From Flaccisagitta enflata (taxonomy: Eukaryota), in contig OZ231126.1 of NCBI GenBank assembly GCA_965153355.1, positions 45,012,001 to 45,076,000 on the forward strand: a stretch of DNA of 64,000 nucleotides, read 5' to 3'. The notes under the pieces were generated by a model. The model was not told where the DNA came from. It worked only from the letters and a program-made list of their open reading frames with translations, and ran no database searches. Positions within the stretch are counted from its first letter, which is position 1. Each line of letters begins with the position of its first letter. This document shows positions 25,567 through 41,128 of this stretch, one piece after another. The position numbers and the translations under genes are program-made.

Positions 25567-25883
25567 AGTCGCGTGCTACGCGACTCTACACCCCGAATTG
25601 TCTGTCCGTCGGTCCGTCGGTCCGTCCATCCGTCCGTCTGTCCGTCCGTCCGTCCATGACACTTTACTTTTTTTTGGTTTTGTGGTCTTTGGCCTCACTG
25701 CTCCTGTCCAAGTGATCAAGTGACCTCAAATACAGCCCCTGCCCACCCGCACGCGACACGTATTCTGCCGGCCTTTCTATTTCATCTTTTTTTTCCTGTA
25801 GAGTTTTAGTCGCTTGCAACTTCTTTTTCATCACTGCCCCTGCCCATCCGCACACGACTTGGGTTGCCGTGTATCTGGCCTTG
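25567..25883 (+). mobile_element. Two adjacent HINE-A copies (25567-~25775 and a mini copy at 25808-25883)
   Basis: Both have an AGTCGC head, CCCCTGCCCA.CCGCAC.CGAC and a GGCCTT end. Confidence 0.75.
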
Positions 25884-25933
25884 TTTATCTCCTTTTCTAT
25901 CTGCTGATTGAACTCTCTCTGTCTGTCTGTCTA

Positions 25934-26071
<138 letters not shown>

Positions 26072-26229
26072 AGCCTCTCGTTCGTTTCCCCGCTCACGTA
26101 GAAATATTTTCATTTCCTGTCAAGGTATCCCCCTTCTTTTCCGTCAGCAAACAAGAATCTTCCTTTATTTCCTTCTATCAAACCTTCCTTCATTTTCTTT
26201 TTCCTCTTCTTTTTCTTCTTCTCATTTTT

Positions 26230-26566
26230 AGTTGCAGACATGCAACTCTATAAGAGGCTTTCTCCGTCCGTCCGTCCGTCCGTCCGTCCGTCCGTCCGTC
26301 CGTCCGTCCGTCTGTCCGTCCGTCCGTCCGTCTGTCCGTCCGTCCGTCCGTCCGTCCGTCCGTCCGTCCGTCCGTCCGTCCGTCCGTCCGTCCGTCCGTC
26401 CGTCCGTCCGTCCGTCCGTGGAGTCGAAAAGTGGGAAAACAAACGTTTTAGAAGCTTTTTCTGTATGTGTCTCTGTTGGAAGGGGGGTTGGGTGGGGCGT
26501 TGGATGTTGGGGGTTGGCTGCCCCTGCCCACCCGTCCGCAACGATATTGTGACCCCATGTCACGTG
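26230..26566 (+). mobile_element. Intact HINE-like subfamily C element with long (GTCC)n
   Basis: TTTTT-AGTTGCAGACATGCAACT hairpin, ~160 bp (GTCC)n, GTCCGCAAC sub-TIR, GTGAC-CCCAT-GTCAC hairpin, then TT. Confidence 0.85.
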
Positions 26567-27209
26567 TTCTTTTTCTTTTTCATCTTCTTTTTCTTCTCCA
26601 TTTTCCTTTTCTTCTCCCTTTTCTTCTCTTACTCTCATTCCTCATCTTCTTCTTTCTTATTCTTCAACGCTCTTTAATTACACCATTTATTTCTGAACGA
26701 AACGAATAATTTTTATTAAGAGCAGAGGTGAAACAGTGTTTTTCAGTGCAGGTGACGGTTGTCAGCACGCACGCACAAAAAAAGAAAAAAAACAGAGTAC
26801 AGTACTAAGAACCTTTTCATCTGCCCACAAAAGAGCATCAATTGAATATATCCTGCATCGACAAAGGCATTGACTGTGCTTTCTTTGTGAGTCTTGTAAC
26901 TGACGATGCGACAGTCACCGTAAATTCAACTCGAATTGAACTCCGTTATTCTGCGTCACAAGAACTAATCGCCACAGGTTCCACATCATGATTTTATTTT
27001 TAGTCAACTATTTTAGACATTTCATATATTTCATGTTTTTAGATTTTAGATATTCTAGGTAACTTAGATATTTTAGATAACGGCGCTATTGATCGAAACC
27101 TAGCATAGAGACATGGAGGTTCCCTGGTCTATCTAATAAATCCCGAACTTTGATCGAGAAATGAGGCCTGTCAAGGCCCATTTCACTGATGCACGATTTT
27201 GTGCCTAAG

Positions 27210-27405
27210 TGGTATTGGAATTACATTATCAATCGTATCGTCAAAACCCAGTCAGCAACAGTTGGCGAAGCTGGAGGAATGGCCGCCCAAATTACTTTGA
27301 ACTCCCCAACGCTGACGTAGGATATGAGTTATACGTGGAAATAACTTACGGCGGCAAAGTCGCGCCAGTGGCCAAAGAGACGAACGCGGACACTAACAAT
27401 ACAAA
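27210..27405 (+). CDS. Candidate upstream exon of the BTB gene (possible end of a MATH-like domain)
   Basis: Non-repetitive open frame ..FELPNADVGYELYVEITYGGKV..NNT. Donor AA|GTGTGT is phase 2, compatible with the acceptor at 27870. Confidence 0.4.
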
Positions 27406-27456
27406 GTGTGTGTGTATTTTGTGTGTGTGTGTGTATTTTGAGTGTGTGTGTATTTT

Positions 27457-27589
<133 letters not shown>

Positions 27590-27870
27590 CTTTTTCTCCC
27601 TTTTTTTGTTGTTGTTCATTTGTGTGTTTTCCTGGAAATGTGCAAAAAGGATTAAGAAATCTAGACATCATTTCTTTCCCATTAGATTTGGCACACATAC
27701 AGAATTTGATTTTATTGTTCAAACTGGTCTCTAGAGAATCATCATGACGACGTCTCCCACAAAATACAGAATAGATTCAGCTCAGTGGCAAATGCAATCT
27801 ATAACAAGTTGCTTAGCTGCTTGGGATACTAATCATATCAAAGCGTTTTGCGTTTCTGATCCAACTCAAG

Positions 27871-27994
27871 CGCGCTCATCGCCGCTGACTGGTCTGCGGC
27901 ATTCGACATGCAATCGGCAGTTGACGTCAAATTCATCGTTGGAGGCGAGGAGGACGACGAAGAGTTTCAGAGGGAAAATCATGACGGAGACTCA
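27871..27994 (+). CDS. Exon encoding the N-terminal start of the BTB/POZ domain
   Basis: Frame 2 reads ALIAADWSAAFDMQSAVDVKFIVGGEEDDEEFQRENHDGDS (BTB D-V-x-F-x-V-G motif). Acceptor CTCAAG|, donor TCA|GTATGA phase 0. Confidence 0.7.
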
Positions 27995-28237
27995 GTATGA
28001 AAAATTGAACTGAAGCATTGTTTGCCTGTAGTTTAATCTTTATACCTGTCGTTTCGGTTAATCTGTCGTTTCGTGGGTCTTTCCTTTGAACTCACCTGTC
28101 TTTAAATCCATAACTCTAAATCTCTCTCGCTTTTGCTCTCGCTATTGCTCTCTTGCTCTCGCTCTCTGGCTCTCTCGCTCCCTCTCTCTCTCTTCTTTGA
28201 ACTCTTTCCTTTGACCCCATCCGTCTTTCAATCCATT

Positions 28238-28370
<133 letters not shown>

Positions 28371-28419
28371 CTCTTGCTCTCTATATGATTTCAAGTAACC
28401 AGTCACTATTCGTATACAG

Positions 28420-29025
28420 GCCGCACGTCTACCCGTCAATGCCACGGACGACAGCGCGAGAGGCTTAAAAAGAACTAACCGTGGCGATCAGAACCCGCGT
28501 CGTGTTGTGTCCATCATCAGCGCCCACCAACTCGTCCTCACGACTCGGTCTCCCGTGTTCCGCGCCATGTTTAGCCACGACATGATTGAAAACCAAACGA
28601 AGGAAGTTCGAATTCGTGACATCAAAGTCGCGGTGTTTACTCAGTTTCTGCGCTTTCTCTATTGTGGAGATATCCCAGCCGACGGCGACAAAACGTTGGT
28701 GATGGAGTTGCTCACAACCGCAGGCAAATATCAAGTCGCCGATTTGAAGAGTCGCTGCGAAACGAAGATGAAGCATTTTTTCGGCGCGGAAACGGTCGCC
28801 GACATCCTCGTTTTTTCTCATCATCACGACTTCGTCGACTTGCAAACATCCTGTCTCGATTGGATCCGTTGCAATTTTGAGCTTTTCGATACGCGAAAGG
28901 AGAACTGGGATTTGCTTACGGGCTAACCGACCTTGCTCGTGGAAGTATGCCGAGCTAGGCACGCGAGCTCAAGTGAAAGCGACAGCGAAGGTGGAAGCGG
29001 AAGCGGAAGCGGACGCACCAACTGA
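28420..29025 (+). pseudogene. Last exon of an SPOP/roadkill-like BTB-BACK gene with an in-frame TAA at 28924-28926
   Basis: Acceptor TACAG| phase 0. AHQLVLTTRSPVFRAMFSHDMIE, FLRFLYCG and LLTTAGKYQVADLKSRCE are BTB hallmarks. BACK-like PTLLVEVCR continues after the TAA, up to TGA 29025. Confidence 0.8.
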
Positions 29026-29888
29026 AGCGGAAGCGAAAGTGGAAGCGATGGTGAAAGATACTGATAAATTGCAGTTATGAATAACACCTGTCCGGATTTT
29101 ATTGTCCCAGTATTGTCACAACTTTAGATGCCTCGCTACTACTGGCGAGGAACAATATAAATCTCTGCTATTGGATGTCAGATGAGTATTTCCTAGTATG
29201 TTTCACATTGTTTTCTGTATCTAATCCCATTTTGGTTGCTTCATATCAACTTAATCACCCCAGACCACGAGCCAGCAACGCCAAGGTATAAATTTTTCTA
29301 TAGCTTTGGTTTGAATTTTTAAAGTGTTCACGTTTAAGAAATATCGGTTCACCTTTAAGAAATATCAGCTTCACGCCATACCGCGTGGGTCACTGTAATC
29401 CCCACGTCAAATCACATGCGCCATTGTTATCCATTTGTCCCCATAACAAACTGTATGCGCCACTGTCATCTTCTTGCAAAACCACCCACACCGCTGTTAG
29501 TTTTACGCTTCACTGTCATCCACTCATCAATACGCCAAACAACATACCAAGTGCAACACTATCATCCACTCACCCTTCCCCCCCCCCCCCACCACGTGCT
29601 CCACTGTAATACCCACACCAAACCACATGCGCCTCTGTCATCGCGCCAATAAGAGCTGTTTTCCTTCGTTAGCCAGAAGAAGCAGCGCGCTTCACATCTT
29701 CGGCCCGATTCCTGCGCTTCTTTCCACGTAAACGTTGAAACCGGAAATTGCTTCCTTTTCTTCTCTTTCCTTCGCCTGCCAACTGGCGGAGGAAAGATTC
29801 TTCCCAACCACGGAAGATGGAAGCACTGAAGGATGGAAGAAAGGAGAAATGTGTAGGACATATCAATAGAATGAAAAATGTTGTTCTA

Positions 29889-30848
29889 ACCTTGGGGAAA
29901 TAAAAAATGGCGGATTTTTAAAACCTTTCTTCTGAACCTCAACGTAAGAAAAATAGGTTAAAATTGGTGATGCCTGGAAAGCTCTTTGAAAGATCTCTCA
30001 TTTGAGTTGTGTCTGGAAATTCTAGCTCAAATGGTTTGGAAGCTACAGTGATTTGAATAAGACTACTCATTTTCTGGTCTGCCCGTATCTCAATGGAAAG
30101 GAATTGGAAAAAAATTTAAAGTCATAATAAAGATAGAAGACTTAATCCGATTGTCACAAAATTTTAGGTGGTAATTAGGTTGTATGTCATCTCATACCAG
30201 TTAAAATTTTGTGTTAATCGGATGATTTTTACTATGGTTTTCATACTTTTTTATTCCAGATCTTAGAAAAGTAGACCAAAATTGACATCCTTTGCTTCAG
30301 TTGCATATATTTCTCTACTGTCTTAACAAAACATTTTCTTAGATGATCCAGCCTAAAGATCTTTCCCAGAGCTTAAAAACCATCATGAATTTGATGTGAT
30401 TTTTATCAAATTTTCATAGTCAAAATGATTTAAAAAGAAACAGGTTGTTGTCTCATTACCTCTGGTTTTTCTTGGAAATTTCCAAATCTTTCTCATGATA
30501 AAAAGGATAGAAAAAATTGACCGATTTTGATCATTTTTTAGGAGCTGTTAGATGAAGGTATGTATTGCTTTCAGTTCAAATTTTATCTAAATCAGAGAAG
30601 TTTTACTATGGTTTTTGGATATTCTTTTTTGAGCAATCATTCTTCATATGAGGTCAGAGCAGAAAAGGGGTAGTCTCATTTATATAGCTCTAACTTTTAA
30701 ACGGTTTGAGCCAGAGTTTCCAGACACAACTCAAATGAAAGATCTTTCGAAGAGCTTTCTAAACATCACCGATTTTGGTTAGTTTTTCTCAATTTAAGGT
30801 AGATAGAATTAGTTTTCAAAATTCCGCCACTTTTTATTTCCCCAAGGT
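29889..30848. mobile_element. ~960-bp foldback MITE, probable TA TSD
   Basis: TA-ACCTTGGGGAAATAAAAA.TGGCGGA ... TCCGCCACTTTTTATTTCCCCAAGGT-TA. Arms stay alignable for several hundred bp (TTTGAGTTGTGTCTGGAAA / TTTCCAGACACAACTCAAA). Confidence 0.9.
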
Positions 30849-31124
30849 TACGTACTGATCCCTTCATAGACGGAGGAAAAATATCACTAGACAATTTCTT
30901 GAAGTTAAGAATTCCAATTATTAAAAGACCAGGAAGAGCAAGACACAGGACATCTATATTATAAAAGCGTGATGTTTCTGCACTGTAAACTTAACCAACA
31001 GTCAATAATGAAATGCATAAATTTCTTGACAATTTGAGCCTTAGTGAGGAATTTTTTTTCTTTCATATTCGCCTCTCTTTTCCTCACTTATTTCTCTTTC
31101 CTCCTATAGTCAAGCTTTATTTTC

Positions 31125-31734
<610 letters not shown>

Positions 31735-32050
31735 CAGGAGCAAATGATTAGAATAAGAGATAAGTTTTGTTTCACTTTAAGTTTCAGGTGCGTGGGATCA
31801 AATTTTTTTCCTTCTTGTATGCTAAATTTGATTTTAATTTCAACGTAGTTGATCCCACTTTGGTAACAGATATTTTGATGAGTGGCTTAAACCGAATTTA
31901 CCTTTTTCAAGTACCGGAAATTATGAATCTCGCAAAGATTATGAGATAATGAGACGTGAAGACGCTATGAGGAGAGAACGAAATGTACGTAGGGAGCGAG
32001 GTCAAATTTCACAGATTAGCGAGATCTCCACTCCGGAACTGAAGAGGTAG

Positions 32051-32134
<84 letters not shown>

Positions 32135-32155
32135 AGGGGAGAGGGGAGGAAGGAA

Positions 32156-32728
32156 CTAGTCAGCCAAGGATCGCACATGGTCAGCGGTACCTGATGTCCT
32201 GCTTGGAGTGATCAAGTGAAGTAGTGGAGTGAGAGCAGGGCAGCGGCCCCAAAGGGCCAATGTCCTGTAGGACACAGGGGTGAATTTCGAGACGTCCTGA
32301 GGTGGATCTGAAGCCGGGATGGCAGGATTTAGTCCAAAAGAGCAGATTTGGGGGGGGGGGCAGGCTTGAGGCCTAGAGGACAAATTTGAGGCCTGAAGAG
32401 CTGATTCGAGACTTGGAAGGAGGATTTGAGGTCTGGAGGGCTGATTTGCGGTCCTGAGGGCAGATATGAGGTCTGGAGAGCTGATTTGAGCTCTCGGAGG
32501 CTATATTGAGGTTTGAAAGGGCTAATTTGATGGCTCAGGGGCTCAAAATCAGGCCTCAGACTGCAGAATTGAGGCTCCAATGGCCAGGGGGGGGACGGAC
32601 GAATGGATGGACGGAAGGACGGAAGGACGGACGGAAGGACGGAAGGATGGACGGACGGACGGACAGACGGACATCTCAAAATTCCCCCCTGTGTCCTACA
32701 GGACATAGGCCCTTTGGGGCCGCTGCCC
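32156..32728 (-). mobile_element. Family-B element (subfamily with GGAT/ATCC-type tail)
   Basis: Reverse complement is highly similar to 45129-45672. GGGCAGCGGCCCC / GGGGCCGCTGCCC-AAAAA sub-TIRs, 21-bp degenerate array, GGAC microsatellite. Confidence 0.85.
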
Positions 32729-33151
32729 AAAAAGGTAATGGGGAGGGAAGTATGGGGGATTAACAAGGTAGAAATTCGGAAAACATCAGACGGCTACGTT
32801 TAATTGGATGAGCAGAAGCGGCATCGCATAAAAAGTGAAAATTCGACATTTTTCATGATAAGATTTTCGAAAAAAACATGTTGATGGATAAACGATAACA
32901 TCTTTCTCTCCTTTACTCAGGTTGATCGAAGATGCTTTGATTTTAGTCGCGGGCTCATGATTGTATAAGAGACTTTGCTCGTCCGTCCGTCGGCCCATGC
33001 GTCCATTCTTTGGTCACACCTTCCCTTGTTCCATACTATGGAATCCGTAGTTTTCGAGTTACTTTATCATCTTTCTTTTTATTTCTTTAGATGGAAGTCA
33101 ATTTGAGGTAGTCGTCAAAATCAATCATTTGCAACGAATTTATTAACGGAA

Positions 33152-33357
33152 CAAGGCCATATACACGGAGCCCTACCTAAGTCGCGTGCGGGTGGGCAGG
33201 GGCAGTGATGTACTAGACCAACGGAGCCATTGGACAGGAGCTGTAATGCAAAAACTGCCTAAAAACGACAAAAACACAAAGTGTGACGAACTAACGGACC
33301 AACAGGCCAATGGACTAACCGACCGACCAAGCGGGTTATAGAGTCGCGTGCACGCGA
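33152..33357 (-). mobile_element. HINE-like subfamily A element
   Basis: CAAGGCCATATACACGG..AGTCGCGTGCGGGTGGGCAGGGGC ... AGTCGCGTGCACGCGA. Confidence 0.75.
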
Positions 33358-34516
33358 GGTAACAAATTTCCCCGATGCGTCAGGCTGGTTCAAACGGCAA
33401 ATCTTAAGAATACTTTCGTTTATTGTCTTGGCATTAGTCGTGGTGCCCAAGGAGAATGGGGATAGGCGTAGGAATGCAAATAAGTAAGCAGAATGATGGC
33501 TGACTGCATCAGTTTTGCCGAAATGATCCACAGAGGGATGGATGGACGGACAGAGGAAAGATGAATGGATCGACTCTATCACGTGCATATTCTGAATCCA
33601 TCTAACAAGGGTAAGGGTTAAGTTGAAACCACTAAGATTGATGTATTGATGTAGAGCACACCGCAGGGCCTCGACTAGTAGATGAAGTCTGATAGAAAGG
33701 CCGATATCAAGGCCGATATCAGGGCCGTCAAGAAAACAACCCGTGAAAACGTTATTTGTTTTCTTTTCTCCGCGAAGATCGAAGTCAAGTTCCGGTTGCC
33801 ATGGAGGCGGACTTGGTCATGAGGATGAAGAGAAGGAGGAGGAGGAGGAGGAAGAAGAAGAAAAAAAGGTGAAGAGGAGTAAGAGGAGGAGGCGGGCTTG
33901 GCTGGGGGTTATCGCCAGCGCCATCAACTGTCGAAAGAGCCAAACTTTCGCTCCAAATTGCTCAAAAGTTTTGGGCGAAATCATCTTCGAAAGAAAGGTT
34001 GTTTTATCAAAGAGAGGTGGTGTTGGTTGTGGGAAGGGGGAAGCTGATAACGATAGAGGGTGGGGGGAGGGGTCTGAGGGGAAGATTCGGATCATGGATA
34101 GGAGAACGGGATGGTAAGGGATTTCGAAGGGTTGATAAATGGCACCAACAGTGGATAGATGACTGAAATGAAAACATTTCCGTGATTTTAAGAGGCAAGG
34201 TTGTTATAATGCAGAGGGTCCATTGGGTAGCAGGGCGGTAAACTGAAAGTGTGGCAAAAAGTGACGGACCATCTTACTATCAGATCGAATGACCGTCCGA
34301 CTAAAGGTAATTAAAGGTAATTAAATCATGTTTATTTCACTGAAATCTAAAAAAAATCCACGGCGGCTACTAAAGGAATACGCATATTGGTTCCTCTCTA
34401 TTTCTATCACCAAGAACCTGGAAATTCTGTAAACTGGTACGCAGTCACCGCCGTCCTCTTCCATTCCATCTCCCGCGCATATGACTCTCGCACTATTCCT
34501 CTGTCATGCCAACGAG

Positions 34517-34566
<50 letters not shown>

Positions 34567-34727
34567 GTCACCCGGAATGGAGGTGCGCTTGGATGTCGAA
34601 AAAAGTGAAAGTAGATTGGTTCTGAAATTTACGTTTTCTGTCAAAACGGAGAAATGGAGTCGCTTCGGAGAACAGAAGGGCGTAAGAGAGAGAAAAAATG
34701 AGTGAATTATCACCTTGGAAGTTCAAC

Positions 34728-36019
<1,292 letters not shown>

Positions 36020-36367
36020 AGCTCTTGTTCGCTCTCTCTCGGGAGGGAGAGTAATAAGTGATTGGGCTGTTAACCTGCTCAAATTAATCACACCTTCGTA
36101 AGATGAATGAGCTCACGAGATTTAGGGAGTGGTACACGCGGAAAAAAGGCAGAAAAGGGGCAACCGCTTTTGATGGCGACCGTTTGAGTGATAAGCCGCT
36201 TTGATGGTTGATTGGAAGACGGTGGTGAATAGGAGAGGTCCCATTGGTTTTATGGTGATGGATGATGGGTAGTATAAGATGGATGTAGATGATGAATGAT
36301 GGTTGGGTAGCGGCTGTTTGTGAATTGTTCTATGCCTATGGGTGACGTGAATTTCTGTAATCAACAA

Positions 36368-36553
36368 AATGAATAAATGAATGGATGAATGAATGAATGA
36401 ATGAATGAATGAATGAATGAATGAATGAATGAATGAATGAATGAATGAATGATTGAATGAATGAATGAATGAATGAATGAATGAATGAATGAATGAATGA
36501 ATGAATGAATGAATGAATGAATGAATGAATGATTGAATGAATGATTGAATGAA
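36368..36553. repeat. (GAAT)n microsatellite
   Basis: Direct reading. Confidence 0.95.
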
Positions 36554-36819
36554 TAAATTAATGAACAACGAGCATTGCATTTTACGAATCCGGTTACACC
36601 GCTTTTGGATCGAACTGTCGCGAAAAGAACCTATGTTTCTCATAAAATACTCAAGACAATCATTTCATTCTTTTTTTCTGAGGTAGATGATTTGATTAAG
36701 TTTTGTTACAAAAAAAAAAAGCCCCAGTGTTAATAGATTTACTTTAATTTCATGACAAAAATTAGTTGAATTCAACCTGTCCGTAACATTTTTGAAATAT
36801 AGCTAAAATCTTCATTTCA

Positions 36820-37769
36820 AAGGAACTTAAGGTTACTTTAGGGTACTTAAAAGTACTTTAGAGTACTTTAGGGTACTTTAGGGTACTTTAGGGTACTTAC
36901 TATCTAGAACATAAGTATATCGACAGTATGGGGATTGGGTAATTTAGCAGTATAGGAATCATAGAAAAACCGCCAAAACATGTCAGATACTTAATATTAC
37001 GTCTTTGGGTTTCAACACATATTTGTATGTGGATTTTCTAAGCTCTTTAACACAAATGCTTTGTATAAATGCATGATAACTATCCCTCATAAAATTTTAT
37101 TTGAAAAATTCCTTAGTGTATGCCATGTTCTCCCTTTTGCTTCAGTTGCAATCCCAATGATTCAGAGAGGTTGAAATCAACCAAGATAATGTAGCAAAGG
37201 TGTTGGGCGCTGTAATTAGGACCAAAAATAGGGTGGAAAAAACCTCCAATCTATCTGAAAGGAGACTTAGTAACTTGTAAAGAAACTAGATGCATTTTTT
37301 TGGCCATTTTCTAACTGAAGTATCAATCTTGTTTTGCCTGTCAATTCTAAACGCCTTGAGCTAAAAGGATGCGGTTTGCGGCATTTGGTCAGAAATTCGA
37401 AATAGTTTCAGAATCTCACTGATTTTTATATAAATTTTTTATTCTTAACAGAGTTATTGCTTAAAATGCCTGTCGATATACATATGTTCTAGATAGTAAG
37501 GTAACTATAGGTATCAAGGGTACTACATGGTACTTTAGGGTACTTAAGGGTGCTCTAGGGTACTTAAGGGTGCTTTAGGGTATTTTGGGTAATTAAGGGT
37601 ACTTTAGGGTACTTAAGGGTACTTTAGGGTACATAAGGTACTTTAAGTAATTTTTCTTGATTTATTACCCTTATTACCTTTACCTTTATTACCTTTACCT
37701 TTATTACCTTTATTACCTTTAGTACCTTTAGTACCTTTATTACCACGCGACTAAGGTTTGTTGACCTTG
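36820..37769 (+). mobile_element. 5'-truncated HINE-like element with 10-bp (AGGGTACTTT)n and (TTATTACCT)n cargo, split by a MITE
   Basis: The minisatellite continues on both sides of 36900-37496. 3' end CACGCGACT-AAGGT-TTGTTG-ACCTT-G-TT. Confidence 0.65.
36900..37496. mobile_element. MITE with 27-bp TIRs (CTATCTAGAACATAwGTATATCGACAG), TA TSD
   Basis: TIRs have one mismatch. Removing the element and one TA restores GGGTACTTAAGGTA of the host minisatellite. Confidence 0.9.
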
Positions 37770-38097
37770 TTTATTTCGACGAGACTGGTCCTACAGTGTT
37801 GGTCATGAGGAATTAATCAAGTTTTGATGGAAGCGTGAACAGATTTGACTTATTTGAAGCAGTAGTGACTGATTTTGAACCCAAAACACTGCAAAAATCT
37901 TTATATTTGAAAAAATTCTGGGAAAATTGTCTGAAAATTGCTAAAAAATGAAATCAGTGTGACCATTCTTCGCTCAACCTAATCAAATTATCTATTAGAG
38001 GAAAAAAGAAAAAAACAAACTACCCTCCCCTCCCCCTTGGAATAGTTCTGGAGTAATATAAGTTATTCTGGCGACAGTCTGATCTAAAAGCGGTGTA

Positions 38098-38863
38098 CAG
38101 TATGATTTTTTTCAAATGTAACATGAGATGAGAACATTATGCAAAAACTAGAAGAGCTAGCCAAATTTTGAAAGAAGCTCTTAGAAGATGAGAGTTTGCA
38201 GTTATTTGCTAAAAGATTCTAAGGGTTTTTTCGAAAGAAAATTGATATCTATCTTACTTTGTTAATTGGGATTGAAATTTAGAAATGTGGAAAAATAGAA
38301 AAGATTGATGAAATATTGGCTGAACTATTTCTCTTTAAATTGCTCTCATTTCCAAACGGTTGGAGCTACAGATGCCAGATTGGTCCCAAATGAAAGCTAT
38401 TTTGAAGTACTTTTTGGGAAAAACTCAACAGACAGACTTTTTTTGAGTTATGAATGCATTTGGTTAACTGAAAGTCAATTCTGCAAACAATTTTTCCTGA
38501 AACAACAAAATCGTTTATGTTTGGCGGGATAACTCTTTGAAAATATTGCTGTCTTTGTTTTTCTCCTAAAACTACATGAAAATATCTTTCATTTGAGACC
38601 GATCTGGGATCCGTAGCTCAAACCGTTCAGAAATGGGAGCGATTTATAGAAAGACAATCACAATAAAACAACCTTTTTTGGCAGAATCTGCCCTTCCATT
38701 CACATGCGTTAATCAGATCAAAATAACAGAAAAAGTTCTTGGGATTTACCATCAAAAATCTGCAAACTCATATCTTCCAAATGTTTTTTTCTGATTATAG
38801 CTAGCTCTTCTACTTTTTGTGCTATGTTATCATCTTATGTTACAGTTCAGAAAAATCATACTG
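38098..38863. mobile_element. Tc1/mariner-type foldback MITE (TA|CAGT...ACTG|TA)
   Basis: TA-CAGTATGATTTTT ... AAAAATCATACTG-TA. Arms alignable (TAGAAGAGCTAGC / GCTAGCTCTTCTA). Confidence 0.9.
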
Positions 38864-39483
38864 TAGGTGACTATTCTTAGTCGTGGACTCGCAACTCTAT
38901 AAGAGACTTTGTCCACCCGGCCATAGGCCTGTCCTCCGCCATCTTCTCCCCCCCCCCTCCCACGCTTTAAAAAAAGGTGTTTACCTCTTTCAGAAATAAG
39001 GGCCTTGTAAACCTTCGTTAACATCCATTATCTAATCTCGACTTGATGGCCCAAGCAGTGCAATATGATGCAATGACTGCTTTCTAAACTCAATGAAAGG
39101 AACTGCTCTTTTTGGTGTTGTGGAAATGTGTGCATTTTTATAAGTATCGAAGCGTTGTGGAACTTTGGAGTGAATGTCTCTTTTCTTCTTTCTTTCCAAT
39201 TCGGCGCCGTTTGTTTCCCGCTCTCGCCATATTTTTAGATGGCACCATATGGTTACCCATATGGTTCTGCTCTTTTGTCCAATTTGGATATACGTGGATG
39301 ACACATATTTTTCGTTTCTCTTCGCATTTTTTCTTCGTCGTATGTTTTGTACGTCTATTTTGCGTATATATGTATATTATCGTGGCGTCGCTTCTTAATG
39401 GAATGCGTGACTTTTGTGTGATTATGATGTGCGCCCTGGGTTTTTCATGTCTTTCATAAGTCTCTCATCTCTTTTATTTTCAG

Positions 39484-39556
39484 AGACATATGAACGGACA
39501 TCTGACATTAATGACGATAACGACGCCGGTGGGAAACCATGGAAATTGGGCATAAA
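39484..39556 (+). CDS. Candidate isolated 73-bp internal exon of an unidentified + strand gene
   Basis: Strong acceptor TCTTTTATTTTCAG| and perfect donor |GTAAGT. Open frame TYERTSDINDDNDAGGKPWKLGI. Confidence 0.45.
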
Positions 39557-39657
39557 GTAAGTTTTATCATTTTAGTGTTTTAGTGTTTTATCATTGTTTT
39601 TGTTGTCTGGTTTTTTGGGCAGTCCTGTAGAACACAGGGGGACTCGTTCGTCCGTCC

Positions 39658-41128
39658 CAGTTATTCCGTTGGCGTTATTATGGCATTATCGTCCCAAATA
39701 GGGGAACGACGTATCAAAACTCCTAGTATGCAGCAGTTTCAAAACGTCCAAAAAACCATTTATGCATACAACAACGTCCTTTTGTGGTTGTTATCTGGGG
39801 TTTCAAAACGCAGACATAGTTGCCGTTTTGAAACCGCGTTTTTTGGGAGTATTAAAACTGCATAAAAAGGGCTTTTGAAAACATGACTAAAATAACATTT
39901 CTTTCTCACTTCTTGCCAGGTTTTTTTTTCTTTTTTTTTTTTTGTTTTTGTTTTTGTTTTTTTTTTTTGTCGTTTTAAAACTGAAGAAATGAGGTTTTTC
40001 AAACAGTGGCAGTGGCAGTGGCAGTAAAATTATGAAATATGAAATCGCCGTTCCCATAAGCAATTTTTTTGCAGTTTTGAAACTGTAAAAAAGTTGCTTG
40101 TAAAAACGTTTCATAAATTCAATTTTTTGCAGCTTCAAAACTTCAATTTTTTGCAGTTTCAAAACTATAAGAAATAAGCTTTTTGTAACGTCCTTCAAAG
40201 TAGTAAAACATTACACATTAGCAAATTTACATAAACACATGGAGTCACAATTCAACAACAATTCAATTGCGAACTGACACTGACACTGACAATCTGATGT
40301 TTTTGCGACTATAACCATTTATATTGACTACTTTTGGTGAGCAGATTTCTTTTGGGGTAGATGAAATAGTCGCAAAAGCATTAGATGGTAGTGATTGTAG
40401 TTCAGGGAGAGAGCAGGGCAGCGGACCCAAAGAGGTCGATGCTTTCAGTTTCACACATATAGGGAATTTTCTCCTCCTCAAGGCTGGGATATGGGCCTTG
40501 AGGTTGGGGGGAAGGGGGATACGGAGGAGAAGAAGAAGGAGAAAATTCCCCATATGTATGAAAGCAAAGGTCATCAACCCCTTTGGGAAAACCAAGAGTG
40601 GCGCGCGTATTAACCAGTCAGTGAGGGCTAACGGGGCACTCTTCCATTTATTTCAGTTTGGGTAAAGTAATGGAAATTGTTCCACCTAGCATATAACCAT
40701 GTTTCAATTTTTAAATGCATTTTTTCTATGTTTCGATATTTCAATTTTTTGCGTTTTCAAAACGGTAAAAAAGGTGATAAGATTATAAAGATATATAGAT
40801 TTTTTTCCCTTGCTGGCTGTAATTTTAGCGCTGTTTTCAAGCGTTTTGAAACGCAAAAATCTCATAGTTTCAAAACTTTAGAATTGCAAAGTTTTGAAAC
40901 GGCAACTATGCCTCAAAATTCGTTTCAAAAGTTGCACATACTTGTGGTTTTGAAACGACAATATAAGATCGTTTTAAAACTGCATAAGAACGCCCGTTTC
41001 AAAACGGCTTTTTTAAGCAGTTTTGTGACAAAAATTCATAATACTTGTTACAGTAATCCACTTTTTTGCATTTTTGAAACGATTTTTGGCGGTTTAATAC
41101 GTTATAAAGGAACGCCACGGAATATCTC
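39658..41128. mobile_element. Non-autonomous DNA transposon with short imperfect TIRs and many GTTTTGAAAC/GTTTCAAAAC motifs
   Basis: Ends CAGTTATTCCGTTGGCGTT / AACGCCACGGAATATCTC; flanked by GTCC in the host microsatellite; sub-terminal arms are rich in the 10-mer. Confidence 0.7.
40367..40587 (-). mobile_element. Short family-B element nested in the 39658-41128 element
   Basis: TAGTCGCAAAAGCATTAGATGG tail, GGGCAGCGG.CCC and CACACATAT/ATATGT mirror as in 7113-7604. Confidence 0.75.

Noticed and set aside
27744..27870. ORF MTTSPTKYRIDSAQWQMQSITSC.. as a MATH start frameshifted into the BTB exon
   Set aside because: Only faint resemblance. A phase-compatible acceptor at 27870 explains the BTB frame without a frameshift, though this is not fully excluded.
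36820..37650. Telomere-like TTTAGGG repeats
   Set aside because: The unit is a 10-bp AGGGTACTTT minisatellite within a HINE-like element, not a telomeric array.
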